Assembly (NCBI RefSeq): GCF_016432865.1
Contig: NC_067403.1
Span: forward strand, 195,796,001-195,860,000
Origin: Antechinus flavipes
Lineage: Eukaryota
DNA: 64,000 nucleotides
Reading direction: 5' to 3'
The translations under genes were made by a program, and so were the position numbers. Below the pieces are notes generated by a model. It saw only the letters and a program-made list of their open reading frames with translations. It had not been told where the DNA came from and searched no databases. Shown here one piece after another: positions 40,201 through 53,803 of the stretch; the first letter of the stretch is position 1; each line of letters starts with the position of its first letter.

Positions 40201-41689
40201 TTTTCAGCTGACTTACAATTTTATGAATTATTGATGGAGAATTTCTTATAATACTAGAGTTCATTCAGTCCAGATTCTTCCAATATTACAACACTATGGT
40301 TTAAAAAAAAAAAAGTTTAGACCTTCAAACAAGAATCTTGACATTTTAACAAAAGAAAATTTACCCACTTATTAGACCTTACATTTTAATTTGTTTGCAG
40401 TTGTGACAACTATAAATAAGCAGTCAATAATATTAATACCAAAGGATTTTCAGAGATTCCTTTATTATGCTTAGATTATATTTCAAACTAGTCAAGTTTC
40501 ATTTAAGTGCCTACTTGAGGATCCAAAGAAAGGCAGGCTCCCTGCTCTCAAGGATCTCACAAGCTAAAAGAGTCAATTCAACAAACACCTATGTATACAA
40601 AACCAAATATTTACAAGACAAGTAATCACAGGATAGATTGAGGGAAGGCATTACTAGTATTAACTGGGATCATGACAGACTTCTTACAAAGTGTGAAATT
40701 TCAATTGAAATTTTGAAGAAACCACACTTATTATGAATCATATAATGAGTTACATATAGAATAAGCCATATTTATCATTCAATTGCAATATAAATTACAA
40801 CAAAATATTAACTAGCTGAAAATGTCTGAAATCTGATTCTCCTAGAATGAGAATCATTCCTACTTTAAAACAAATTGTAATTAATCATCCAGCCTTCTTT
40901 TCAAACCTATCATAAAAAGTGTTCACTGATTAACACACTCATTTTTAATCAGAAACACTTCTCTCAAAAAAAAAATCAATTAAGTGCTCATTTTCTATCA
41001 GTAACTTTATGACAGACAATAATATCTTAAATAATTTATCACTACTCCCAGTTAAGTCGTAAAATAGAGAATTTTATCTAAGAAAGAGGTGAGGAAGAAA
41101 AAGCATTTATAAAGAATATATATAAACAATATTAATATAAAGAATAAGCATTTATTAAATCCCTATTGTGTGCCAGGCAGTGTACTAAGTTTTTTATAAT
41201 TATTATCTAATTAAGCAAGGTAACAACATATTTTTTACATAAGTAAGGTTGTAATAAATCTTTATATATGTGAAGATCCATAGCACAAACATTAAAAAAG
41301 TCTCCAGTGACAGCAATCTACAGAAAATTTTAGAAGACAAATAAGATGATATGTAGGTAAAGGGTACAATCTCTAAAGAGAATAAATACCCACCTCAACT
41401 CTTTGAAGTACTAAGGTATATTTGAAGATAATTTTAGGCCAAGCTAAAGTAATCTCGCAAAACAAGATTTTAAAAGAATAGGATGAGATCACATTTCTTT
41501 TAAGCAAAAGGAGGGATAGTTTCAAGAGGAGAAATTTTGGAAACTAGAACAAACCTGATAAAATGAATTAAATATTATTATGCAAATAGTGCCAAATTTA
41601 GGAACTTTTTACTGAAGTCCAAGAAGAATACTGAAAAGTTGGTAGGAAAAAGAAAGGCAGTAAAGCATACTAGGAATAAGTCCTGTTTA

Positions 41690-42065
41690 CTATACACAAT
41701 TACACTAAGATTATGTGAGGATCAACTGTGATGGACCTGGATCTTCTCAGCAAAGTGGTGATGCAAGACAATTCCAATAGACTTGGCATAGAAAATGTCA
41801 TCCCTATCAAGAGAGAGAACTAGGGAGACTGAATGTGGAGCAAAGCATTTATTTTCACCTTTGTTTGCTTTTCCTTTCTTATGGATTTCTCCCTTCTGGT
41901 TTGATTTTTCTTGTATAACACGACAAATAAGGAAATATATTTAAAAGAATTGTGCATAGTTAACTTGTATTATATTTGCTTACTGTCTTGAGGAAAGGGG
42001 AGATAAGGGAGGGAAAAAGAAGTAATTTGGAATGTAAAATCTTACAAGATGAATGCTGGAAACTA
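41690..42065 (+). mobile_element. L1 3' UTR fragment
   Basis: gatcaactgtgatggacctggatcttctcagcaaagtggtgatgcaagacaattccaatagacttgg. Confidence 0.82.
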
Positions 42066-42089
42066 TGTGATTTGGAAATTATCATTGAT

Positions 42090-42865
42090 CCTCTTCCAAA
42101 ACAAAATACTGATTATTTCTCATTCCCCAAATCTAATTTTCTCTCTCTCACTACCCCTGTTAATTTGCCACATCTCTTCAATATATGCTCTCCCTCCATT
42201 CCTATCTCTTATCATCTCTTGCCTGGACTACTGCAAGAAATACCCTGATGGTAGGATGGTGGGTCTTACTGCCTTAAGATTTCCCACTTCAATCTATTCT
42301 CCCCTTCAGCTACTAAAGTAATTTAACTTAAGTATAGATCTGATCATTTTATTCCCATACTTAATAAACTCCAATTGTTCCCTATCTTCTCCACAACCAA
42401 ATAAGAAAATCTTCTGGCACTCAAAAGCCCTTTATAACCAAGCTTCCTCCTGTTTTTCACTCTTCTTACGATTTTTTCTTGAGACTAGAACTCTTCAATG
42501 TAGTAACTGTAGCCTCCTGGCTGTTCCACCAACAAGATACTCCATTATTTAATTCTAGGAATTTTCTGTGGTTGCCTCAATAACTAGAATGTCATTCTTC
42601 CTTATCTACACCTACTGCCTTCCCAGGCTTTAAGTGCCAACTACAATACCATCTTCTCCAGAAAATTTCCCCAACAAATATTAATTCTTTTCTCTTACAT
42701 TTCCTATTCACTCTATATACAGTTCATTTGCATATATTTGTTGTTTGGTTGTCTTCCCCATTTGATTTTGAAATTCTTCAAAGTAAGGATTGTCTCTTGC
42801 CTTTTTTTGTATCTCTAGTGCTTAGCACAGTGTCTAGCACATAAGTGCTTAATAAATACTTATTT
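42090..42865 (+). mobile_element. L2 3' portion
   Basis: Ends tttgtatctctagtgcttagcacagtgtctagcacataagtgcttaataaatac, a canonical L2 3' terminus. Confidence 0.8.
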
Positions 42866-44704
42866 ATTATCTGGCTACTGATAGTAGTAAAAAGAAAATC
42901 CTGTAAAGGTCCTCTTTGATTAAAGTCTCTAGTCAAATATTTTTCAGGAAACACCAATGGTCTATACTAAAGGATGTCAAGAGATTCAGTGAAGGTTGTA
43001 GTTAACAATTACATGAGACAATAGAATTTCTTCTAACCTAGTGGATTATTAGGCTATGAAATCTTTCTTTTCCCTTAGATTATTTCCCATTTGTAAGTAA
43101 AATATTAAAATAATATAACCAAAAGGCAAAAAAAATCATTAAAAATATGTCTTCAAAAACACTCACTGGGTTAGTTGCTAGTAGTACAAACATTTACTAA
43201 AGACTGGGCACTATATATACTACACTACTTACTGGGCAGCCTTTATAGAACAGCTTTCACACAAATATTTGAAAAATAAAGCTTTCAAAACTAAAGAATA
43301 TAATTTAATAGATTTAGAGTTGGAAGCAACCTCTACTATCTTCTACAGAGCCTTATATACTTAGCATGTATTTAAGCTTTGTTGAATAGAACTGAAAATT
43401 AGTATTTAATCAAAGCCAATTGTAAACAGACCAGTCTATAATTTAAAAAATTAGTGTTCACTAATAAAAACCATAAATATGAGCACTTATAAAAATTACA
43501 TGATACAAATATATGCATCTATTTTTTAAATGCTTATACTTCAGTTTTTAAACAACTATAAAAAGTATCCTTTGCCTTTCGGCATTAAGATGTATTTACA
43601 ATTTTCTAAAGCTGGATAGTTTTCAGTTTTGTGTCTTAACTAAACATCCTACCCCCACCAAGCATCATATTATAGCTTACTATGTGTTTAGAAGTTTTGC
43701 AATAAAATAGATGCTTAATGAATTGAAAGTAGGTCAAAGTACATTTAACAGTCACTTACTACAAAGTTTAAATAAAAGTTAGATCAGGGAAAGGGATTAT
43801 TAAAAAATTTAAGACCTTTGGGGGCAAATTTTTAAAAACTTTATTCAGTGTGCTATTAAAATGCTACAGAATTGGAGAAGTCATTTTTATACATGAAATG
43901 ATTAAAATGGATGGTTTAGGTTGCCCAAACTCCTTGAAAACAAGTATACGAGAATATTTGTCAAGAAACATATGCTCCCTCTCCATTCTCATTTCCTTTA
44001 GTAATTTTTGGTATATGCCTAGATAGCAGTTAATAGGGGTTTTTCTAAAACATTAGTAATGTTTTTTCATCTGTTTTAAAAGGATTAATGTATGCTTGTG
44101 TTTTAGTTCATTTCCTTTACTGGATTTTCTTTTTACTAGTACTATTAGTTAGACTTAAAAATGAGAAATAATCTAAGGGAAAATATTACCTCAGACTGGG
44201 ATGAGTCAAAAACAGTAACTGACCAAAATGAAATTTCTTACACTTTCTTTAAAACCAAGTCAAAGTCCTCAGTATCTGAATGACAAAATTATTTTATATG
44301 GATTTTTTTAAAAATCTACTCATCGACCTAAAAATAAAACCCTTCTCTCAAAAAGGGTTTGATATGCTTATATTAGCTATCTTGTCATTTAGGCAAGCTT
44401 TTGCTCACTTGTCCCAAGACACACATTTTACTGTCCTCAATTCTTTACCAGGATTTGATTTCACATTAGGATGTAATATTTCCACAGTAGATAAAGAACC
44501 AGACTTAGAGTTTGAAAAGTCCAAGTTCAAATCTGGCCTGAAACACCTACTATCTATATGAACTGACCCTATTTGCATCATCAGGCTATATTTCAATTTT
44601 ATCCAAAACAATAGGGGCTGGGAGAGGGCATGGTATGGAGCCATTAAAGGTTTTAAAGAAGGGAAGTTTGCTTATCAGATTATTGCATTAAGAAATTAAT
44701 CTGG

Positions 44705-45666
44705 AAGAAACTGAAACCATTCCTACTCATATGAAAAGGTGTTCTAAATCACTATTGATCAGAGAAATACAAATTAAGACAAGTTTGAGATACCACTACA
44801 TACCTCTCAAATTGGTTAAGATGACAAGAAAAGGTAATGATGAATGTTAGAGGGGATGTGGGAAAACTGGGACAATGATACATTGTTAGTAGAACAGATC
44901 CAGCTATTCTGCAGAGTAATTTGGACCTATCCTCAAAAAGTTATCAAACTGTGATCCCACAGTGTTTCTACTGGGCTTATATCTAACCTAAGGGATCTTA
45001 AAGGAGGGAAAGGGACCCACATGTGCAAAAATATTTGTGTCAGCCCTCTTTATAGTAGCAAGAAACTGAAAACTGTAGTGGATGCCCATCAGTTGGAGAA
45101 TGGCTGAATAAGTTATGATATATGACTGTTATGGAATATCATTTTATAAAATGATCAACAAGATGATTCAGAGAGGCCTAGAGACTTAGATGAACTGATA
45201 CTAAGTGAAATGAGCAGAACCAGGAGTTCATTGTACATGGTAACAACAATACTATACAATGATCAATTCTAATGGACGTGGCTCTTTTCAACAATGAGAT
45301 GATGCAGGCCAGTTCCAATGATCTTGTGAAGAAGAGAGCCATCTCTACCCAGAGAGAGGACTATAGGAATTAGGGTGAATCAGAACATAGCATTTTCACC
45401 TTTTTGTTGTTTGCTTGCATTTTGTTTTTTTCATTTTTTTTCTTTTTGACTTGATTTTTCTTGTGCAGGAAGATAATTATATAAATATGTATACATATAT
45501 TGGATTTAACATATTTTAACATAAACTGGATTACTTGCCATATAGGGGAGGGGATAGGGAGAAGGGGAAAATTAGGAACAGAAGATTTTGCATGGGTCAT
45601 TGTTGAAAAACTATCCATGCATATGTTTTGAAAATAAAAACTTTAATTTAAAAAAATACCCCAAAA
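44705..45666 (+). mobile_element. 5'-truncated L1 (decayed ORF2 C-terminus plus 3' UTR)
   Basis: catatgaaaaggtgttctaaatcactattgatcagagaaat is the L1 ORF2 end. 12-bp TSD AAATTAATCTGG at 44693-44704 and 45667-45678. Confidence 0.92.
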
Positions 45667-48600
45667 AAATTAATCTGGTATCTGTGTGTAAGATTTGTGT
45701 GTATAAAAGGCAATTCTCTCAAGAAACTATTGCAAAAATTCAAGGCAACAGAAATGAAGGCCTGAATTACAATAGAGTAGGTGAATGTGAAAGAAAAGAA
45801 CATTCAGATATTAAGAAAGAAAAATTAACAGCACAAGGGAACAAGTTTTGTTTTAGCATTTATTGATGGGTTGGTGGTAGTCATGGCAGAAATAGTCAAC
45901 AAGACATAATTTTAGGAGAGAAGATGAGCACATTTGGGGATATGTTATATTTTTATGATTGGGTTCAATTCAATAAACATTTTATCAAGCATTTACTATG
46001 TATCAGTCACTGTGCGAGGGATACAAAAAAATCATCATCCTTGCTTTCAAGCTTAAATTCTACTGCTATTTGGAGATTGGAAATGGCGATTTTAACTTAA
46101 ATATTCATCAGTAAATACAAAGCATATCCAAAATATATACAAAGTAATATGCACTAGGATAGAACGCCAACAACAAAGCAACTTAGTAACTTAAATCCAA
46201 ATGATTTATTGTAGCATTCTAAATGGTACATTGTTAAATGAATTTTTAAGATAACTCATCAAAAGTATTTTTATTGTAAATAAAAAGCTATAATAAAAAA
46301 AATCCCCCTCAAAAAGTATTTTAAAAAATACTCAAAGATCATCAACAAATATTTGGTTTGAGGAAAAATTAACCCATTAGATTTATTAGTCTATAGTCTC
46401 TAATTTCTCATGAAATCTGTCCGATAAATAAAAATTCGATTGGTTTTTAATATGGTACAGTATTAAAACCAAAAATTGGTTTTAATATGGTACATAAATA
46501 TCATATTAAAATTAGCAAGTACATTGACAGGGTAATCACTTTTATATACACATTTCCATCTTAAAGAATCCAATCTTCTAAAGATTAGGGATTCATATGT
46601 TAAACATTACCTTTCCAAAACCTATCTTTAATTTGCTTCAAATGAAAAGACTTCAATTCAAAGCTGTTGTCATCAACATCATGTTATCAAATGTCTCTTT
46701 TAGACATTAGGGAATAGTCTATAGAGAAGTGAGTGTTTCCTCATTAACAAAGAGGTTGCATTAGATGATTGCTTATTTACCTTCCTCTTATTCATAACAA
46801 CCTAAATAATTTGCCCTAAGTCATACAAAAAAAAAAAGAACAGAGCATTATGAATTACACTTTGCCACAATGCCAGTCCTTGGCTCTCTTCTTCAAGTAT
46901 TTTAACCAGGTATTTTATAAATCTAACATTACAATAAGGAAAAAATAATGAAAAGCAAAGGGAAATAAAGTTAATTCAAAATACTTTAGGAAATATTAGT
47001 ACCAAGTATCTTTCAATTTAAAAACAATAGTGCTTCATCTCTAAGACAGAAATCTGTTTATAAAGAATTTAACAGTTCACTTAAAGAAATAATCTTCATG
47101 TTTGAAAAATTATTTCACATTCTAATTTTTAGACTTGTTGATGCAATGGCAAGGCTAAGATAAACTCACCACTCAACCAGCTTTAGACCAGAGATTCTTA
47201 ACCATAAATTAAGTCCACAAAGTTAAAAAAAAAAAAAAAAAAAAAAAAAAACACCTTGACAAATGTATTTTAAGGTAGTTGGTTTCCTTTTTAATACAAT
47301 GAATTTTAAAACTTTTTTTCCTCCTGAGATAGGGTCCACTGGCTTCACCTGACTTCCAGAACACTCCATGACACAAAAAAGATTAAGAATTCTTTCTCTA
47401 CAGGAAATGGCATTCAGTTAAATGAAAATGAAGAAATTTAAGAAGGCTTTTAAAGAAATATTTCTGTAGCCATTTAAATACAGGGTTTTATTTAAGAAGC
47501 CATTACCAAAGTCCCAGGGAAGAGCTATAAGAAATGATTCATTTATCTGTTTTTCAACCAAATGTAACATGTAAAAATTTCTACAGAACAGAAATATTTC
47601 ACTCGCAGAAGCCTCTAAGCTACCTAACAAGAACACTTGTTTTAGGATACAATATATTCCTAATATAAAGTATCTATCAAAGACTTAGATGGTATAGCAA
47701 AATGAAAGGGGACAGAAAGATATGAATGTGGAATTACTTCTAAAATAAAGCAAAGTATAAAATAATGCAACATATTCCCTCATCCTTCACTACTGAACTT
47801 TTATTTTGTAAGCATAATATATAAACTTAAGGATGGGAAATAAAAATTGCTTTAAGCTTATTACATTTTATTTTACTCTATTTTACTTTCTCAAAATAGC
47901 AACAGAAAACATAATCCAAATTATTGGCCCTCTGAAGCATTCTTTTAGATTTTAAAACTTATTTCAAAACTCTTTTAAAGATTTCATATAGTTTCACATA
48001 TTTAGAAATGAGGGGATCTAAGGGCATCCAACCCAAACTAGTATTTTACAGATGAATAAACTGAAACTTAGAAAGGTCAAATAACTTGTCTAATATCACA
48101 CAAATCATAAAAGTAGCAGAGATGGAAAGTGAACCTAGGCGCTATGATTCCAAATCTAAGGCTCTTTTCACTGCATAATACTATATCTTCCTTTGATCTT
48201 CCTTTAAAAACAAAACAGAACACAATAATTAAAAAGGAAACCAGCTTTTTGTGGTCCTTAACTTTTTTCTTAGCTTCAGGCCATGCTGAGCTTTAGTGGT
48301 ATTGAAACTGTTTTCTATAGAACATGTTTTTGTCATCATTTTCTTTTGCTTAAACTTGCAGTTATTTTCTGAATACATTTTTAAAAGTCCAAGTTGGTTA
48401 ATGTGACTCTTCCAACAACTTTCAAAACTATTTCCTTGTGTTTTCACAGTTTCATTAGTGAGAGTTCCCTAACCTCATCCAGGCCAGCTTGCCCAATGGA
48501 ATTCTAGGCCTCAACACCTCATCATTTCCTACTTAGAAATACTTAATTTTGAATTTCTTTGCCTTTATCCAACATGATACCCTCCTGTCCCTTGACTTCC

Positions 48601-48909
48601 CCCTCCTTTTCCACTTTCTTTTGTGTTGTCTTTCTCTATTAGATCGTTAGTTCCTTCAGGGCAGGGGCTGTCTTTTTCATATTTGTATCTCCAATACTTA
48701 ATACAGTTCTGGCACATAACAGATGCTTAAAATACATACTTACTGACTACTGACCATGAAATGCTAAACTATCCTATCTCTGGTCCTTATAAAAATATTT
48801 TCTCTTCCATAGTCTTAAGACACTGATCAGGCTATGTCCAACTTTCTTCTTTTAACAGATCCTAAAACAAAATGGTCACTTTTATTCAAGGTTCCCATTA
48901 TTTTAAAAC

Positions 48910-49220
48910 CAGTTATTTTATAACTTAGGTCTAATTAGTCTGCCATAGACAGGAAGAACATCCACAGATCCCTGGAAATCCCCTTGCCTATCAGATCATT
49001 CATATCCCTGTGCTAGGTAGGTGTCTTCTATCTAAGGTGGATGAATGTAAAAAAAAATTAGTAATTACATGTCAACATAATTGGTTTCCTTTGTATTTCT
49101 AAGTATGTTATTTTATTCATTTAAAATCATTTAAAAAGATTATTCTGATCAGGGATCCATAGATTTCATCAGACTACCAAAGGGGTCCAGTGAACACAAC
49201 CAAAAAAGTTAAAACCCCTG
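48910..49220. mobile_element. hAT/Charlie-type MITE remnant (related fragment at ~47325-47395)
   Basis: Right end ggggtccagtgaacacaaccaaaaaagttaaaacccctg matches a CAGGGGT-type terminal repeat. Left TIR is degenerate; no clear 8-bp TSD. Confidence 0.55.
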
Positions 49221-49999
49221 TCACTAAAAGTCCCTTTCCTTACTTTGCACAAACCCCATAACACACTTTCTACCTTTTACAAACTTTATGTTTCCACTTA
49301 AAAGCCAAATGAAACCAGGACATGCATCTTTTCCCAATTATATAAATGTCAATTGGATCTTAGTTAGTTTGTAAACTCCATCTGGAGGTAACCTACTTTT
49401 AATTACTTTTGACAAATCCAATAGCATGTATTTGTTATTGTCACGTGAAGTAATGTTTCCTTATGCCAAAAGAATTTCTCTAAGTTGTTTTTTTTTTTTT
49501 TAACTTTATGTTTTAAGGATGTCTTTCAGTGATTCTAGCATACAAGTATAAAATTCTTAAAATACTTCCAAGGAAAAATAAAAGCAAAAGGCTTTGAATT
49601 TGAATTCAAATATTACCAATGAATCATAGATGAAGATTCTTACAGCTCTGTCTCTTCTAAGCAAGATATTTATATATTAAGATATCAAAGAGAAACTTAT
49701 AATTGAATACATTAAACTACTTCTTGGTATCCTGAAATTCAAGCTAAATGGAGAGAACAAGTTTAAAACAATCAACAATGCCAATCTTAAGGTACTCATT
49801 CAGAACTATAAAATGGACCATACAATATTTGGAAATTCTTCTAACAAAAATTTGTGTATTATTAATGAAACACAAAGCTATATAAAAATTAATAGCTCAC
49901 ACTGAAAGGAGGAAGAGGGCTGTTGTAAACATCTTTAGAGCAAATTAAAAAGTTAAAAAAAAATCTAGGAAAATACTTTTGGAATGGAAAAACATTTTG

Positions 50000-50262
50000 C
50001 CCAGCATTTTTGTTTTTCTTCCCAGATTATTTTTACCTTCTTTCTAAATTCGATTTTTCTTGTATAGCAAGACAACTGTATAAATTTGTATACATATATT
50101 GTATTTAACATATACTTTAACATATTTAACATGTTTACCTGCCATCTAGGGGAAAGGGTGAAAGGAAGGAGGGGAAAAGTTAGAACAGAAGTTTTTGCAA
50201 GGGTCAATGTTAAAAATTTACCCATTTATATGTTTTGTCAATAAAAAACTATTAAAAAAAAA
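50000..50262 (+). mobile_element. Short L1 3' UTR tail with poly(A)
   Basis: cgatttttcttgtatagcaagac...gcaagggtcaatgttaaaaatttacccat...aataaaaaact, then poly(A). Confidence 0.85.
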
Positions 50263-51419
50263 AAGAATCAGATCAAATCTCCCATTAAGTCTCAGATATT
50301 ATAACCACAGTTCTCTTATTTTCCAACTTTCCAAAGCAGTTTTTAGCACCACACATTTTAGTGCTTGAATATCTATATAAAAGATTGTGAGTTTAATGAG
50401 GTATTTGCCTTATGAAACCTTTTTAAACTCCAGTGCCCAACACACTGTTCCATATAGTAGGTGCTTAATGTTTGTTGAATTAAATGTATGTATGCTGTAA
50501 TCCCAATACTAAGATCTTTGTGGACAAAGAAACAGACAACTGATTCTTTTGAGTTCCTTATAGGACTAAGAATATTTAGAGTTTAATACTAGATTTAAAT
50601 GGCAATTGAGGAAAAAATTAAGTTTAGTACATAGTACAACTATGTTGAGTTACTTTATTTCAAAAACAGGAACTCCAAGATCAGTAAGAATTGAAATCAG
50701 TCAATATTAAAATGATAAATGTCAGGGCCATGGGAAACTAGACATATTATCAGTGGAGCTGTGAATTAAGGAAAGTCATCTGAAATTATGCCCAAAAGGA
50801 GTAGGACTACCAAGTTATGTACCCGCCAACTGAAGAGATCCCACAGCTAGAGAGCAATGACAAAAAGAAAGTTCCCATATAAAGCAAAATATTTATAGCA
50901 CTACTTTTAGTGGTAGCAAATAAAGTAGATAACTAGTGGTATTCAATGTACCATGTATAAACTTCAAGAACAAGAATCATGAAGACCTGAGAAATAATCT
51001 GGTCCGACATTAGTTGTGTGATTCTAAGCAAGCCATTTAACTCCTGTCTGTCTCCTTTTCTTCAACTTGTAAAATAGGAATAATAATTGTACCTACCTCA
51101 AAATCAAATGAAATATTTGTAAAGCACTTAGAATAATGTCTGACACATAAAAACTTAATACTTGTTCCTCTTTCCCCTTTCTTCTCCTCCTCCCTTTGGT
51201 GATTGGGGAATGGTTAAATATATTGTGAATTTCATGTAATTGATATTATATCATAAGGAATGAAAAATATGAATTAAGAAAAGCTTAGGTAAACTTGCAT
51301 GAATTAGTGCATTAGTGAATTAGTTTGCAAGTGCAAAATAAAAATAAGAACCAAGAAAACAACATATATGGCTATAACAAATGAAAAATGAGAAAAACCA
51401 TGTAATCTTATAATTTTTG

Positions 51420-51765
51420 ATTTTAAAAAAAATTTATTAAAGATCTTTATTTTCAAAACATATGCATGACTGACGCTTGCAAAAACCTTGTGTTCCAAAT
51501 TCCCCCCTTTTTCTGGCCTCCTTTCCCTAGATGGCAAGTGATTCAATATATGCACACATGTTTTTTAAAATGTGATAAATCCAATATATGTATACATATT
51601 TATACAATTATGCTGCACAAGAAAAATCAGATCAAAAAGGAAAATAATGAGAAAAATAAGAAAATGCAAGCAAACAACAACAAAAAGAGTGAAAATGTTA
51701 TGTCATGATCCACACTCAATTCATTCAGTCCTCTCTCTGGGTATAGATAGCTTGCTATATAAATT
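51420..51765 (-). mobile_element. L1 3' UTR tail in the NSD2 sense orientation
   Basis: Reverse complement of the same family as 33513, 45300 and 57500, with AATAAA and an A-rich end. Confidence 0.88.
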
Positions 51766-51839
51766 AATTAGTAAGATTGGCCCTGAAGGAGGGGAGGAGG
51801 AGCAGGGGAGAGGGAAAGAGCTCCAGAAGAATATTTCTC

Positions 51840-52620
51840 ACAGACTATGAGAAAGGAATTTGTAATGTATAATGAGTAATGAGTGGGGACCATGGGTAGG
51901 TTGGGATAAAGTTGCAAAAGACTTTAATAACTAGAGTTTATCTTGTATCCTAAAGACAATAGAGAGTCACTTAATCATATATTTATGGAAACCTACTTTG
52001 GAAATTGTGTGAAGAGATCTGATATAATAATCTAGGTGAGAAGTGATGAAAGTTTGAACTAAGGTGGTGACCACATAAATAGAAAGAAAGGGGCAGATAG
52101 GAGATACTTGTAGGGGTAAAATGGCATCATTTGATAACTGAATTTGAGCAGTGATGGGCATGGAGCCTAGAATAATGAAATTAAGCCAGAGAGACAGCAA
52201 GAATTATGATAGGTGAGTTTTGTAGGAAAGATAATGAGTTCTATTCTGTACATGCTGATTATTTTGTCTATGGGATATTCGGTTTGAAACGCCAACTAGA
52301 CAGTTGTTACTATAGAACTGAAACTTTCAGTCAGTTAAGAAATGATCATTAAACTCATGGAAACTGATAAGGGAACCCAAAAGAGTATACAGGTCAGAGC
52401 TTTGAAGAGCAATAATGGCAATAATGTTCCAGAAAAGTGAATGAGAAGGAGCCAAAAGAATAAAGAGAACCAGGAGAATAATGTAATAAAAATCCAGAGA
52501 GGAAAGAACAGCTAAGAGAAGAGAGTGGTCAATAGTGTCAAATACAGAAGGTTAAGAAGAATGAGAAAAGAGAAAATTATTTGTTACAAGGGAGAGAGCT
52601 TCCTAAGTAAGGTAGGAGAA
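51840..52620 (-). mobile_element. Decayed L2 remnant
   Basis: ggtgagaagtgatgaaagtttgaactaaggtgg...gataatgagttctattctgtacatgctga, typical of reversed L2. Confidence 0.6.
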
Positions 52621-52656
52621 GTTTCAATATTCAGAATTGAATGGAATGTTTTTGGG

Positions 52657-52784
52657 TTTTTTTGTTTTTGCTGAATTAATTAGAGTTAAGTGACTTGCCC
52701 ACGGTCACACAGCTAGTATCCAAGGTCACATTTGAACTCAGGTTCTCCCGATTTCAGGGTTGGTGCACCACAACTAGCTGCTCC
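52657..52784 (-). mobile_element. WSINE1-like SINE with internal deletions
   Basis: ggagcagctagttg head, gagttcaaatgtg B-box, gggcaagtcacttaac core. Confidence 0.75.
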
Positions 52785-52879
52785 AAATGTAGAGAACATA
52801 AGATTTTTTGGGAGAGTTTTTAAATAATAGCATTTTATTTTTTCAAATACATGCAAAGATAGTTTTCATCATTCACACC

Positions 52880-53019
52880 TTTTTTTTTTTGGCTGAGAGT
52901 TAAGTGACTTGCCCAGGGTCACACATGCAGGAAGTGTTAAGTGTCTGGGGCCACATTTGAACTCAGGTCCTTCTGACTTCAGGGCTGGTGCTCTATCCAT
53001 TGCACCACCTAGCTGCCCC
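52880..53019 (-). mobile_element. WSINE1-like SINE, near full length
   Basis: ggggcagctaggtggtgcaatggatagagcaccagccctgaagtcagaaggacctgagttcaaatgtgg..., then poly(A). Confidence 0.88.
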
Positions 53020-53767
53020 TGAATGGAATAATTTTTTTTAAGAAGTCAACAAAAATATTTTTAAAATAAAAATTGCATTGTTTTAATCACCTTAAAAACA
53101 CTTGTATTTCAAAAGAGGGAATACATATATGTGAGAAAATTTACTATATGAAGCCAAGTCTCAGTCACATTTGAGACATGATATAGGAAAATGTGATTAA
53201 AATCTCAATCAATTTGTATATTCAAAGGCAAAACTAGCACAAGTAATTGAAAAATATGCATTCCAAATATACACTAAATCTTTTCAGAAAATAATGCATG
53301 AAATTTAAGGGGTCATATAGATATTAAGATAGTAAGTGGAAAAAAGTCTGCTCAACCCAAGCACAGCATATGCAGATATTATAGTAACAAAGAGTACTAG
53401 AAGTTTCAAAATTACAGTAATAAAAGTCCAAGTTTAATATTTTAAAAAAAGCAAGGTGAACAAAGTATATGAACAAAATATGTTGTAGAATGCAAAATAA
53501 AATTGGGAAGAAGCTAAAACAAAAAAGAAAGTCATAGGAAGCAAAGAAAAGGGAGGGAGGGAGGAAGGAAGGAAGGAAATAAAAAAAAACTTAGTAACAA
53601 TGATAGATATTTAAAATGGCATGGACTGTTGAGGTAAGAGAAGAAAAATGATTTCTTGACCACTACAGATCTTCAACCAGACATTGGATGAGCACTTTAG
53701 ACATGATGTAGAATGGTAGAATCAGACAAGATAACGACTGAAGTCCCTTTACTAAATTTGAAATTAT

Positions 53768-53769
<2 letters not shown>

Positions 53770-53801
<32 letters not shown>
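53770..53801. repeat. (GT)16 microsatellite
   Basis: Pure dinucleotide run read directly from the sequence. Confidence 0.97.

Positions 53802-53802
<1 letters not shown>

Positions 53803-53803
<1 letters not shown>

Noticed and set aside
40211-40216. GTAAGT inside the first coding exon
   Set aside because: Preceded by ATT (no exonic AG consensus), so a weak donor; no other support.
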